From: a virus
Taxonomy: Duplodnaviria > Caudoviricetes
Length of the DNA stretch: 53,600 nucleotides
Strand: one strand, 5' to 3'
IMG/VR virus record: IMGVR_UViG_3300047563_000009
Coordinates: 1-53,600 of that record
Shown: positions 37,837 through 47,222 of the stretch, piece by piece
Layout: each line of letters opens with the position of its first letter
How positions within the stretch are numbered: position 1 is the first letter of the stretch
The notes under the pieces: generated by a model
The model's input: the letters and a program-made list of their open reading frames with translations, nothing else
The model's database searches: none
What the model was told of the DNA's origin: nothing
Program-made: the position numbers and the translations under genes

Positions 37837-39236
37837 TGTTAAGACCAAAGCTCAATCGTATTTGGGCATCTACAAGTGCGGTTACTAGACGTGACCCCGG
37901 TGATGCCAAGTACATCCAAGGTTGGATTTCTGAGATTCCAACCTATCAGGTTTTAAACTACCTGCAATATAAAATTGATACTACGCTTCTGGCACTGGCC
38001 GAACGTGGTGTCTTTGAGTGGGGCAATGATGTTCAATACGGACTCAACTCACTAGTTTGGGACGAAACTAACAAGACGATTTATATCTCAACCGTTGGTT
38101 CTCCAGATAAAACTAAAGCTCCGTCAGCAAACCCAACTCAGTGGGTTGCAAGTTCGATTCAGGTTTCTCGTGCAAGTTATGATTCTGTCGTGGCAAACAT
38201 CAATGCACACATTGCAGATATCACTGGCAACCCGCACAAGCTAACTGCTGGCAGATTGAATGCCTACAACAAAGCTGAGATTGACAACATTGTTGCTCAG
38301 TATCGCGCACTTGTTAAAACTCACGTTGATGACAAGGATAACCCACATGATGTCACTGCCCTTAGTGCTGGTGCTGTCCCTGCAACCGGAGGAACTTACT
38401 CTGGTGATGTAATCTTTAATGCTGGTGTGTGGTTTGATTCTGGTAAAGTGAATGGTCTAGTAAAGACTGGTGGTATTTATCTAAAGAATGGCAATGGTCA
38501 GATTGGTATTTCTGATGCTGGTGTTGCACAAGTTGGTAAAACTGGTGCGCTATCTCCAATTGTTTCGGAAGCCTCTTTCCCAAATCTTAAAGCTGCACAA
38601 GAGCCAGACTATACTGTACCACTCCCAATCCATGCACAAACTTTGGTTGGCGACATAAACACCTACACAGGCATGTCTTGTGCAGTGTCCAATATTGACC
38701 CAGATTTTATTGCGTCTCTTGGGTATGTATTGGGTGCAGCAAACTTGACGAACAATTCTTTCAGTATGCGTGGTGATGTTGAGTTTACAAATGCTTCTGG
38801 AACCACTATTGCTATTGACTTCTATGAAGGCTCTGGTCGAAATACTGACACTAAAGATTCTTTAATTGTTGGAATAAACACTCCAACGAATAACGTAACG
38901 GTGTTGGCTACGGCAGACGGAAAAGTTCGTGCTCAACGAATGTTGAATGTTTCTGGAAGTGCTGTATATGAAGGAACATCTAACTTTGCCCTGCCTTCAC
39001 AAATTGGTGTGTGGAGAAGATTGGTTGGTGTGTTCAATGGCAACACTGTGAAACTGTTTGTTGATGGTGTGTTGGTTGGTTCTAACACTACTGCAACTGC
39101 CACAAGTACCTCAAACAATGGTGCCCCATATGTAACTGCACTGAACCGGGCAGCAAATGAGGCAAGAACTTGGCGAGTTAGGAATTTCCGTATTTGGAAC
39201 TTGGAACTCACTGACAAACAAGTCTCAACTTTATAA
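37836..39236 (+). CDS. tail fiber protein 2 with C-terminal LamG/ConA-like domain
   Basis: Anchor paralogous to fiber 1; WRRLVGVFNG..KLFVDG...FRIWN.ELT. Confidence 0.78.
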   Translation: MLRPKLNRIWASTSAVTRRDPGDAKYIQGWISEIPTYQVLNYLQYKIDTTLLALAERGVFEWGNDVQYGLNSLVWDETNKTIYISTVGSPDKTKAPSANPTQWVASSIQVSRASYDSVVANINAHIADITGNPHKLTAGRLNAYNKAEIDNIVAQYRALVKTHVDDKDNPHDVTALSAGAVPATGGTYSGDVIFNAGVWFDSGKVNGLVKTGGIYLKNGNGQIGISDAGVAQVGKTGALSPIVSEASFPNLKAAQEPDYTVPLPIHAQTLVGDINTYTGMSCAVSNIDPDFIASLGYVLGAANLTNNSFSMRGDVEFTNASGTTIAIDFYEGSGRNTDTKDSLIVGINTPTNNVTVLATADGKVRAQRMLNVSGSAVYEGTSNFALPSQIGVWRRLVGVFNGNTVKLFVDGVLVGSNTTATATSTSNNGAPYVTALNRAANEARTWRVRNFRIWNLELTDKQVSTL

Positions 39237-39245
39237 GGAATTATA

Positions 39246-39983
39246 ATGGCAAGAGGGTATTCTCTTGGTGCACTCACTCGGGATTTGTATAACTTAATTT
39301 ATCCAGTCGGTATTTGTATCGACTTTGATAATAATACAAACCCTAACAACACGTTTGCTGGAACTACGTGGGTGCAGATTACCGACGGATGCAACGTTCG
39401 TACTGCAACATCTTCAACTGTGGGTACTGCTCCTGGCAATATTAGTGCAACTGGTGGTTCAGATACTGTAACCATTGGTGCTGCAAACATGCCGGTGCAC
39501 AACCATACATTTGGTGCGACAAGTTCGAGTGTTGACCTTGGAACTAAAACTGTTTCAACATTTGACCATGGTACTAAAACTACCTCTCAATTTGATTATG
39601 GAACTAAGGGAACCACTGGCACAGATTTGGGGACGAAGACCACATCAGGTAGTGGCAGTCACAGACACCAAACTGGTGTTGAAGGTTCACTAAATGGTGG
39701 TGGTGGTCATACAACAGTTCCAGAAGTTCCGGGTGCTGGTACGAAAACTTACACAGATACTGTTGGTAACCATACTCACACAGTTGTAATGGGTTCGCAC
39801 TCACACAACGTTGCAATTGGTGCACACACTCATACAGTTGGTATTGGAACTCACAACCACACTGTTGTAATGGGTGCACACACTCACACAGTCAATGGAA
39901 CAACTGGCAATGCTGGTGGTACTACTGCACTTAACGTAACTAACAAAGTTCACTACTATGCTCGCTGGAAACGCACTGCATAA
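39246..39983 (+). CDS. needle-type tail fiber tip / receptor-binding protein
   Basis: IYPVG...NP...GTTW collar; four DxGTK repeats; multiple HxH motifs; WKRTA end. Confidence 0.75.
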   Translation: MARGYSLGALTRDLYNLIYPVGICIDFDNNTNPNNTFAGTTWVQITDGCNVRTATSSTVGTAPGNISATGGSDTVTIGAANMPVHNHTFGATSSSVDLGTKTVSTFDHGTKTTSQFDYGTKGTTGTDLGTKTTSGSGSHRHQTGVEGSLNGGGGHTTVPEVPGAGTKTYTDTVGNHTHTVVMGSHSHNVAIGAHTHTVGIGTHNHTVVMGAHTHTVNGTTGNAGGTTALNVTNKVHYYARWKRTA

Positions 39984-40336
39984 TGGATAAACAAATGGAC
40001 CGACAAACACTTCAAATGGTTTGGGAGTACATGCATCAATATGGAGTTCTTCATGGACTCCTTGCAGGATTAACAGCCTTAATCCGTGGTGCATATGAAA
40101 GTGAAGGACTTTGGAAAGCCATTCTTGATGCACTGTTGTGTAGCTTGATTGGAGTGTTTGCTTTTCAGATTGCTGGAACTTACGATGCGTTCACAACGAA
40201 CGTAACTATGCAGCTAGTTCTTGCTATGGCTATTGGTGTTGTTGGTGCAAACCTAATCATCACCACTGTACGCGATAGTTTCTCTGCTGCTATTAAACAA
40301 CTTAATCCGCTAAATTGGTTTAAGAAGGCCAAATGA
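39983..40336 (+). CDS. holin (lambda-like, about 3 TM)
   Basis: Hydrophobic helices, IGVVGA, basic C-terminus KKAK. Confidence 0.75.
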   Translation: MDKQMDRQTLQMVWEYMHQYGVLHGLLAGLTALIRGAYESEGLWKAILDALLCSLIGVFAFQIAGTYDAFTTNVTMQLVLAMAIGVVGANLIITTVRDSFSAAIKQLNPLNWFKKAK

Positions 40337-40348
40337 TAAGGATGCCCA

Positions 40349-40909
40349 ATGGTAACATTGAAGGCACTTGCATTAGGTTTAGCACTATTTTCGAACAATG
40401 CTCTGGCTTCGGCTGGAGCTTTCGAAACCCCGTTAATCCAATATGCAAGTCAAGCTTACTTAGATGGAAGTCTCAAACTTACTTCTTCACAACGGAAAGA
40501 GCTAGACTGTTTATCTAAAGTAATATGGTATGAATCTCGTGGAGAGAGCAAACGTGGAAAGATTCTTGTAGCTAATGTCGTTCAAAATCGAACAACATAT
40601 GGAAAGCCATTCGCTACAACCGTTTGTGATGTTGTCTATCAACGCAATCAGTTTGCATGGACACGAGATGCGAAGAAGAAGAATGCAAAGTTTAAGAGTG
40701 TTGCAAAGAAGCACCTCGAAACTGAGAACAAGCAGGTGATGGATACTATTTCTATTGCTATGAAGATTGTTTTATTTAACCCAACTCCAATCACCAAGGC
40801 AACTCACTTCTGTTCTAAAGGTGAGAGGTGTGCATTTGGTAATGTGAAACGGTTGGGCAAGGTTGGCAATCACACTTTCTTTGAATATTTGGGAAACAAA
40901 TCATCATGA
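40349..40909 (+). CDS. SleB/Hydrolase_2-like cell wall hydrolase with N-terminal export signal
   Basis: CL...IWYESRGE..G...VA.VV.NR...VCDVVYQ.NQF.W, GNHTF. Confidence 0.85.
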   Translation: MVTLKALALGLALFSNNALASAGAFETPLIQYASQAYLDGSLKLTSSQRKELDCLSKVIWYESRGESKRGKILVANVVQNRTTYGKPFATTVCDVVYQRNQFAWTRDAKKKNAKFKSVAKKHLETENKQVMDTISIAMKIVLFNPTPITKATHFCSKGERCAFGNVKRLGKVGNHTFFEYLGNKSS

Positions 40910-41040
40910 CCACATCAAGATTTACATACTGGTTTCGGGTTGGTGGCAAATGGAAAATGACTCATAGTCTCGAGAAAGCTAAAATGCTGGAGAGACAAGG
41001 GTTCACCATTGTTGCTGGAAATAAGCCGGGTAAGTTGTAG
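40906..41040 (+). CDS. small hypothetical protein (44 aa)
   Basis: ATGA overlap; MTTSRFTYWFRVGG... Confidence 0.5.
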   Translation: MTTSRFTYWFRVGGKWKMTHSLEKAKMLERQGFTIVAGNKPGKL

Positions 41041-41057
41041 ATATAAGGAAATGTTTA

Positions 41058-41237
41058 ATGAGCGGCAAACCTCCTATTAAAGTTGTCAGGGATGATGCAT
41101 TGGCAAGGTTCAGATTAGACACAACATGGAAAGATGTAGATGTTGGTAACTCTATAAAGTGGTACCATGTTGCTTCTATAATCTTAATCACACTGGCACT
41201 ACCACTGATGCCAATATTATTTAAATATTTTTGTTAG
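41058..41237 (+). CDS. small membrane protein (59 aa)
   Basis: AAGGA SD; C-terminal TM segment. Confidence 0.5.
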   Translation: MSGKPPIKVVRDDALARFRLDTTWKDVDVGNSIKWYHVASIILITLALPLMPILFKYFC

Positions 41238-41390
41238 TAAGTTGCGAGAAATGGGTGTATTCCGTTAGGAATGCAGTCATTTTAAGCATGAAAATAACAA
41301 TAATTCCCTATAAAATAAGTCAAAAATTAGCTAAATATTGCTACAATATTGGCTTATTCTAAAGGGAAATTAACAGGATTTATGCTGAAA

Positions 41391-41440
41391 TGGTCGGTCA
41401 ATTGTGGTTATAGAGTGGAACTGCTTGGTCGGTCAATTGT
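41391..41440 (+). repeat. 15-bp direct repeat TGGTCGGTCAATTGT x2
   Basis: Exact copies at 41391-41405 and 41426-41440. Confidence 0.7.
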
Positions 41441-41686
41441 TCGAAATTACGGTGGGTTCGAGTTAAACTATGCTACGAAATTAGGTGTCGTATAACAATT
41501 CAATTTTTATAATTTTTTTTATTTCAGGCAAGCGAGGAGGGAGTGTCCAACGTCCTATCGGACTTAAATACGGTCCCTACTCCAACTTTTTCTACGCCTA
41601 TCGGCTTAATACCAAACCAAGTTAGGCGCTACGCTAATGAGTCAAGGTCAAGGGAATGACGTGTGATAGGTAGTATACAGTCTGAG

Positions 41687-41703
41687 ACATTAGTTGGATG
41701 TGA
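41687..41703 (+). promoter_or_regulatory. variant promoter motif ACATTAGTTGGATGTGA upstream of RNAP
   Basis: Shares ACATTAGTTGGA with the repeated motif. Confidence 0.4.
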
Positions 41704-41768
41704 TTGTGAGAAGGCTACGCCAACTTAATCCGTTTCATAAACTATCTCACAACTAATTGGAGCTTATC

Positions 41769-43733
41769 ATGACTATCACTACTCAGACTATGAAATCCGT
41801 TGTTCCTTCAATCGCTGCGTTAGTATTCCGTGCCAAAGAGAAACAGTCTTATCTTGAGCCACAGACTTGTGCACTGGCTGCGTTAGCCATGTTCCACATG
41901 ATGACGTCTTTCGTTCGTGATGACGTTGTACCAGCCATGTCGATGGTTGCACTTGCTGACTCTTCTATCCATCGTGCTAACTCTAGCAACAACGATATGA
42001 AGCAATATCACTACATCGATGGTGGCGTTAAGCTGATTGGTTTGGCTAAGCACTTTGGTTTCATCACCATGAACGAAGACAAGTCATTCCAGATGACAGA
42101 TGCATGGGTTGAACTTGTTACTACCAAAGACACTAGCATTCCATTCACTGTTCGTGTCACTGATGAGAATCGTCGTAAGCCATTTGTTAAAGGTGGCAAG
42201 GTTAAGCCTTCCAAGTTGCTCAAGTCTACAATTGAGTTCTTGCAGGACACTGAGTATCACGTTGACGCTTCAATGGTTGCAGTCATCAAGAAGGTGCTTG
42301 AACTCAAGCGTTTCAATGGTGAGCAGATGCCACTGGCAATTAAGCAAGAGGAACATGTTTGGAACAATGCTGTAGCAATGGCACTTCAAGATGTCCTGTT
42401 CTCTGATTACTTTGCTGACAATCGTGGTCGTTTGTATCACGTTGCTTGTGCTGGTCCAAATCCACAATCGAGTGACTTTGCTCGTTGCTTGTATTCTCAC
42501 AATGTTGAGAACTTTGTCAACAAGCTGAACGAAGATGGTTCAACTACCGAAGCATACAACATGTTCATTGCTGAACTTGATGATATCGCTGGTGGATATT
42601 GGAACAAGGCTTCCACTCTTACACGAGTAGCTCAAAACCCAGCAGGCTGGCTTTCTCGCATTCTTTCAATGAGCAAAGATGGTGTTGAGATTGAGGGTGA
42701 AATTGTCAAAGCTCCTAAGAAGCCATTCACCTATGTACGTCTGGCTCTGGATTGGTTCCAGTTTGAAACAACTGGTGCATGTGATTCTCGTGTAGGATTT
42801 GGCTTAGATGCTAAATGTTCTGGTACTCAGTATTTAGCATTCATTGCTGGCAATATGGAAATGGCTCGTGCAACTGGTCTGGTTGACAGTGAAACTAAAG
42901 CATCTGACCCATATCAGTTATCTCTGGTAGAGTTGATGAAACTGTTATCTAAATCATCAATGAATCCATCTAATGAGATTAAGGATGCATACCTCAACCC
43001 TAAAGCAGGTCGTAACTTTATCAAGACTCCATACATGGCAGTACAGTATGGTGGTGGTGTTGGTGCTTTAACTGGTAACAAAGACTTCTGTGATTATGTT
43101 GTCAACAATCTGGAAGTTGATATTGCCAAGCTGGCAGACTTTGCTGAACTTTGTGTTGATGCTGTACATGCTGCACTTGGTGAAAAGATTAACCTATTCA
43201 TCAACCAAACTATGGCTGCTGTGAAAGCTAAGTGTGATGCTCTTGCTAAACCTTACTTCACATACAAGCACACTGATGGTCTTACTGTTCTTAAACCTTG
43301 CTTCCCATCACGTGACATTTGTGAAGCATTCAGCATTCGTGTTGATTCACAAACTCGTGTTATCTTTGGTCAGCAAGTTGACAACAAACCTTGGACTATT
43401 CGTGAGAGCAATCCAACTCCTGAGGAATTCGTTCGCACCTTCGTTGTTAACTACATTCAGGGTATTGATGCATTGGTAGCACGTACTGTTGCCAAATATG
43501 CTAAAGCTGCTGGATTACGTGGATTCACTTCTATTCATGACTGTTTCCGTTGCTGCTTGGCAGATGCTCCTAAGATGATGGAAGTTATTCGTTTAGCTTA
43601 CATCGAAGTATTTGTTACCAACAATCAGTTCGAATCACTTAGCAAACAACTTGGTGGCATTAACATGTTCCACGAGAATATCGTAACAGAAGAATTGCTC
43701 AACTCTGAGCATGCATATTACTTCTGCCAGTGA
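41769..43733 (+). CDS. single-subunit T7-like DNA-directed RNA polymerase (short, 654 aa)
   Basis: DNRGRLY; motif A LDAKCSGTQ; motif B RNFIKTPYMAVQYG; motif C IHDCF; ATG41769 after GGAG. Confidence 0.95.
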   Translation: MTITTQTMKSVVPSIAALVFRAKEKQSYLEPQTCALAALAMFHMMTSFVRDDVVPAMSMVALADSSIHRANSSNNDMKQYHYIDGGVKLIGLAKHFGFITMNEDKSFQMTDAWVELVTTKDTSIPFTVRVTDENRRKPFVKGGKVKPSKLLKSTIEFLQDTEYHVDASMVAVIKKVLELKRFNGEQMPLAIKQEEHVWNNAVAMALQDVLFSDYFADNRGRLYHVACAGPNPQSSDFARCLYSHNVENFVNKLNEDGSTTEAYNMFIAELDDIAGGYWNKASTLTRVAQNPAGWLSRILSMSKDGVEIEGEIVKAPKKPFTYVRLALDWFQFETTGACDSRVGFGLDAKCSGTQYLAFIAGNMEMARATGLVDSETKASDPYQLSLVELMKLLSKSSMNPSNEIKDAYLNPKAGRNFIKTPYMAVQYGGGVGALTGNKDFCDYVVNNLEVDIAKLADFAELCVDAVHAALGEKINLFINQTMAAVKAKCDALAKPYFTYKHTDGLTVLKPCFPSRDICEAFSIRVDSQTRVIFGQQVDNKPWTIRESNPTPEEFVRTFVVNYIQGIDALVARTVAKYAKAAGLRGFTSIHDCFRCCLADAPKMMEVIRLAYIEVFVTNNQFESLSKQLGGINMFHENIVTEELLNSEHAYYFCQ

Positions 43734-43746
43734 GTTATAAGAATAT

Positions 43747-43769
43747 GGGAGCTTCGGCTCCCTTTTCTT
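43747..43769 (+). terminator. intrinsic terminator after RNAP
   Basis: GGGAGC-TTCG-GCTCCC-TTTTCTT. Confidence 0.88.
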
Positions 43770-43814
43770 GTTCTAATTAATCTTAGAGCTGGATTCAATA
43801 TTGGATTCATCTGT

Positions 43815-43833
43815 AACATTAGTTGGAATTGAA
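43815..43833 (+). promoter_or_regulatory. putative phage-RNAP promoter motif copy
   Basis: Exact 19-mer right after the RNAP terminator. Confidence 0.6.
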
Positions 43834-44115
43834 GTAACAGAATACGGAGACATTTCCGCATGACATATTGGAACTGGTTGCAAACAGATTCAGCATGTCA
43901 ACTTGAGTCAAAGTGTGATTACGTTTGGCAACGTAGAACTCCCTGAGTTTGGCCGCTCAGAGTTCCAGTCACCATGATGAGAGTAGGAACCTATTCGAAA
44001 CTGTTACTTCAAGTGTAGTAACTTGGCATTACCGAGGTTTGAGTGTGGTTGGTATCCTTCTGGCGTAGCGGATGTTCGCGGACTACGGAAAACACTCAGC
44101 ATGTCCAATTGTTCC

Positions 44116-44727
44116 AATATTGTCACAGTCCTATTATCAAGGCCCACCCACAAGCCGGGACTATTTAGACATGATTGGAACTTTTGGTACATGCGAACGT
44201 TTAGAGAATGAATTCGGTATCGGAGGAAAGTCCGAACAAAGCAGCAGGATTATTACGCCAGCAGCCACCGAAATTGAGCAACAAATATTGTGACAATATT
44301 GCCGCATTTGTGGCATGTAAATATCGTACAATATCCGCATGTTAGAATGTGGCAGATTCGTTAGAGGACTAATCACCTCGAAGATACGAGAGTTCACCAA
44401 TCTGGCATGTGGATTCGTTACGACAATTGTGACAATTTAAATCATGTAATATTGTAACAGTATTGTGCAAACCCGCATGAATACTGGGCTACAGCCAAGC
44501 GAAGGCTTTTCATCGCATGTAATATTTGTGACAATATTGGGATTTTTAAAAGATTAATTCTTTTTATTTATCTCTTGATGGTCGGTTTTTCTCACTTGTT
44601 TCTACTGGATTGAATGTGCCAAATACGTTCAAGATACTGAAATGAGTGGGAGGGATTAAACGTAATTAATGTGCATGTCATATTGTGACAATATTCTCCA
44701 TTTGGCGGAGTTTAACGTTACAATATT
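44116..44727. repeat. iteron-like TGTGACAATATT array with interspersed GCATG
   Basis: Exact copies at 44289, 44527, 44684 and inverted at 44116; variants at 44428, 44453, 44716. Confidence 0.75.
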
Positions 44728-44938
44728 GGCATGTCATTTACGTCTAATTGCATGAAAGATAGGGCTAATTCTAAATGTTTATTGGTGACAGTAAGTATCT
44801 AGAATAAGCTCCAATTTATTCAACTTGATAGTTTGGCACGTATTGTGTCACATACTCCCTGATGCTTTAAGGTGGATTAAGGAACGAGAAAGCCTCCACA
44901 ACCGTCTGATGGGAGTTTAATTTAAATTAGGAGTTTAA

Positions 44939-45121
44939 ATGAACATTGAAGAGCAATTTGAGCAACTCATTGCATGTGCAGTTTGGGACGTCAATGAGAG
45001 TAAAGATTTAATCGAAGCTTTCCGTAAAAAGTTAGCAACTGCTGTTCGTATCATCGATGAAGAGTTTGGTAACTCTGATGTTGAGATTGAACGTCGCCAT
45101 AAATATTGGGAAAGTGAATAA
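44939..45121 (+). CDS. early hypothetical protein
   Basis: AGGAG SD; first ORF after the non-coding block. Confidence 0.75.
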   Translation: MNIEEQFEQLIACAVWDVNESKDLIEAFRKKLATAVRIIDEEFGNSDVEIERRHKYWESE

Positions 45122-45375
45122 TGGCTATTGTAAAACAATGCATGTTCCAAGACCTTCTCGATGGTCAAGTATTTAAGCACAAAGGTAAACGCTGGATTAA
45201 AGTTGCAGAATCCGGCGATTACAATGCTGTAAGCTTCCACAATTCAAATCTGTCTTGTGATTTTGGATTATCCTGTATTGTTGAACTTGAAGTTTCACTT
45301 GAGCCAACTGAATGGGATTTAGTTGACGATGAAGAAGTGCAACGTTCAATCGAAGGTTACAAGGAGAATTTCTGA
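45121..45375 (+). CDS. early hypothetical protein
   Basis: TAATG coupling. Confidence 0.75.
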   Translation: MAIVKQCMFQDLLDGQVFKHKGKRWIKVAESGDYNAVSFHNSNLSCDFGLSCIVELEVSLEPTEWDLVDDEEVQRSIEGYKENF

Positions 45376-45614
45376 TGCGCTATCAACTTGTTCAACTGCC
45401 TGTAAATGAAACCTTATCATCATTTGTTCTTCTGGACATTGTAACAAAGGTTTGCAAACTGCGTGACCAATCAATTTACCCAGAAGATGGTGGCAAATTG
45501 GTGTGGAAGAATGCTGCTCATAACGATGCAGTATTAAACCGTGTTATGACCTGCGGTGTTGTAGTTGCAGAAGCACATGACCCGAAATTCCTTGCTGCTC
45601 ATGGATTTGCATAA
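45375..45614 (+). CDS. early hypothetical protein
   Basis: AAGGAG SD; TGATG coupling. Confidence 0.75.
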   Translation: MRYQLVQLPVNETLSSFVLLDIVTKVCKLRDQSIYPEDGGKLVWKNAAHNDAVLNRVMTCGVVVAEAHDPKFLAAHGFA

Positions 45615-45811
45615 TGAAGTGGGTTGTGTATTACCGAATCATTGGCGGTATTGATGCAGTTATTCGATACCGTAATCTTGCCATTATGCAACATGACATT
45701 GAAATGGAGAAGGATAAACAATTCGACTACATTAATGCATGTACAGTCTGTGATGATGGTAGTGAAGAAATTGTGTATTCCAATGTTGAGGAGATATTAA
45801 ATGCGCATTAA
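45614..45811 (+). CDS. early hypothetical protein
   Basis: TAATG coupling. Confidence 0.7.
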   Translation: MKWVVYYRIIGGIDAVIRYRNLAIMQHDIEMEKDKQFDYINACTVCDDGSEEIVYSNVEEILNAH

Positions 45812-45977
45812 GTATAAATCTGCATTATATGCAGCATGTTATGGTGGAAGCTATAAGCATGTGAAGAAATTGTTGAAGCGTGATAACAAACATGTTCCAG
45901 CAAGACAAAGGGCTAAAGCATTTAAGCTAATTAAAACCGACTTTAACGCATTCTTAGGTGTACTAAATGCAAGATAA
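45801..45977 (+). CDS. small basic protein (58 aa) with ankyrin-repeat-like N-terminus
   Basis: GAGGAG SD; SALYAACYGGSYKHVKKLLKR. Confidence 0.65.
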   Translation: MRIKYKSALYAACYGGSYKHVKKLLKRDNKHVPARQRAKAFKLIKTDFNAFLGVLNAR

Positions 45978-46113
45978 TCGCTTAATCGAAATACTACTTG
46001 GCACAATTGCTGGGCGTGGTGTTCGTAAACATTGGTTCGATGGTGTGGTCAACTTTGTTGGCCTACTTATTGTGTTGGCATTTTGCCTATTCATTGTTAT
46101 TGGGATGATTTGA
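45967..46113 (+). CDS. small membrane protein (48 aa)
   Basis: AGGTG SD; C-terminal hydrophobic helix. Confidence 0.6.
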   Translation: MQDNRLIEILLGTIAGRGVRKHWFDGVVNFVGLLIVLAFCLFIVIGMI

Positions 46114-46114
46114 A

Positions 46115-46336
46115 ATGAGCAACAAAACTGCTTTTAATTTGTGTGTAGCTCGTGCAAATGATATTCAATATCGTGCAATCTCACTGATTACACCACCAAC
46201 AATGGTTGTTGCTGCAACTGTAATTCAATATGCTGACCGTCGTATTAAAGAACTTGAAGCACAAATCGAAGCAATGTTGGAAACAGCAGAAGGTGCTGGC
46301 ATTCCACGTTGTCAGTTTGATGACGATTTAAAATAA
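46115..46336 (+). CDS. hypothetical protein
   Basis: 73 aa ORF in operon. Confidence 0.7.
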   Translation: MSNKTAFNLCVARANDIQYRAISLITPPTMVVAATVIQYADRRIKELEAQIEAMLETAEGAGIPRCQFDDDLK

Positions 46337-46354
46337 ATCTATTGGAGAATTATC

Positions 46355-46606
46355 ATGACTAAAACAGGCATGAGGCTTGTTCCAATGCGTGGTAATTCTC
46401 TTGGGGATTTCACGCCATATAAAATCTATACAGTTATTTCTGGCACTGGTGAAGCAAATTTGTCAGAAATTGCTTTAAGATTGGGTCATTGTGTACACAC
46501 TGAACGTTCTTGTAATGTAGTTGATGACAAGGGTATGATTCGTTTTGTAACTTTAGATTTCTTTCGTGAATTCAGATTGGAATCAGGAGTTTTGTACCAT
46601 GATTAA
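46355..46606 (+). CDS. hypothetical protein, FTxxKxYxV...DDxG family
   Basis: GGAG SD; motif shared with the 47223 and 47978 genes. Confidence 0.75.
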   Translation: MTKTGMRLVPMRGNSLGDFTPYKIYTVISGTGEANLSEIALRLGHCVHTERSCNVVDDKGMIRFVTLDFFREFRLESGVLYHD

Positions 46607-46796
46607 GAAGCTTGTTTGGTATGATTGCCCAATTTGCATCCACAGATACGGAGAGCACGAAGTATTTGCTGAATGTCGTTCTGCTGTTGGGCAATATGGT
46701 GCAATTGTATTGGCAACCATTTATTGTAAATGTGGCTTCAAACTTGCTGAGGAAATTGTAGACAACTCTGGAAACATTACTCCAAGTAAGCATTAG
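46599..46796 (+). CDS. small Cys-rich protein
   Basis: AGGAG SD; CPIC...CKCG. Confidence 0.65.
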   Translation: MIKKLVWYDCPICIHRYGEHEVFAECRSAVGQYGAIVLATIYCKCGFKLAEEIVDNSGNITPSKH

Positions 46797-46806
46797 TTGG
46801 AATTGA
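46791..46806 (+). promoter_or_regulatory. promoter motif copy CATTAGTTGGAATTGA
   Basis: Exact 16-mer at a gene junction. Confidence 0.5.
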
Positions 46807-47045
46807 TGAAGGTTGCAATCTTTGGGCGTGGTATTTCAATAGCTATTCTGGATGAGTTGATAAATGTTGCCAACATCATTCAAGAATCTTATATTTACAT
46901 ACCCACCCCACAAGAAGTATTCATCTTAGATAATTTTGTTGAGTCAACACCGTTTGTTGACAGTTATCAATCACGCAATGAGCGTCCGATAATTTGGGAA
47001 GCGTCCCTGAAACAGTTTTATCGAATGTGTACATATCATGCTTGA
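46806..47045 (+). CDS. hypothetical protein
   Basis: ORF following the motif. Confidence 0.55.
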   Translation: MKVAIFGRGISIAILDELINVANIIQESYIYIPTPQEVFILDNFVESTPFVDSYQSRNERPIIWEASLKQFYRMCTYHA

Positions 47046-47222
47046 TTCGGCCAATTTGAGAATCCTGTGATACTATTCCAGCAAGACTGGTAATTAAATT
47101 TAGATTTAAGTTATTGAAAGTAGCTTTTGTATTTGTTCTTAGTCCAGTCAACCTAGCGCTGCTAGAGGTAACTGAGTCTTTGAGCAAATACCAAATGTTA
47201 TTTAAACAACTGAGGAAGTATT

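Noticed and set aside
44222-44360. GGAGGAAAGTCCG resembling the RNase P RNA 5' conserved region, with loose GCCACCGAAA and GAGCAA-CAAATA words downstream
   Set aside because: The required P4 partner (TTCGGCTT after ACAGAA-like sequence) and P1/P2 pairings were not found, and the region is dominated by DNA-type repeats.
44004-44400. Short ORFs in the post-RNAP block
   Set aside because: Mutually overlapping on both strands, no SD, and embedded in the repeat array.
44116-44727. CRP-binding sites suggested by TGTGA
   Set aside because: No TGTGA-N6-TCACA spacing; the conserved unit is TGTGACAATATT.
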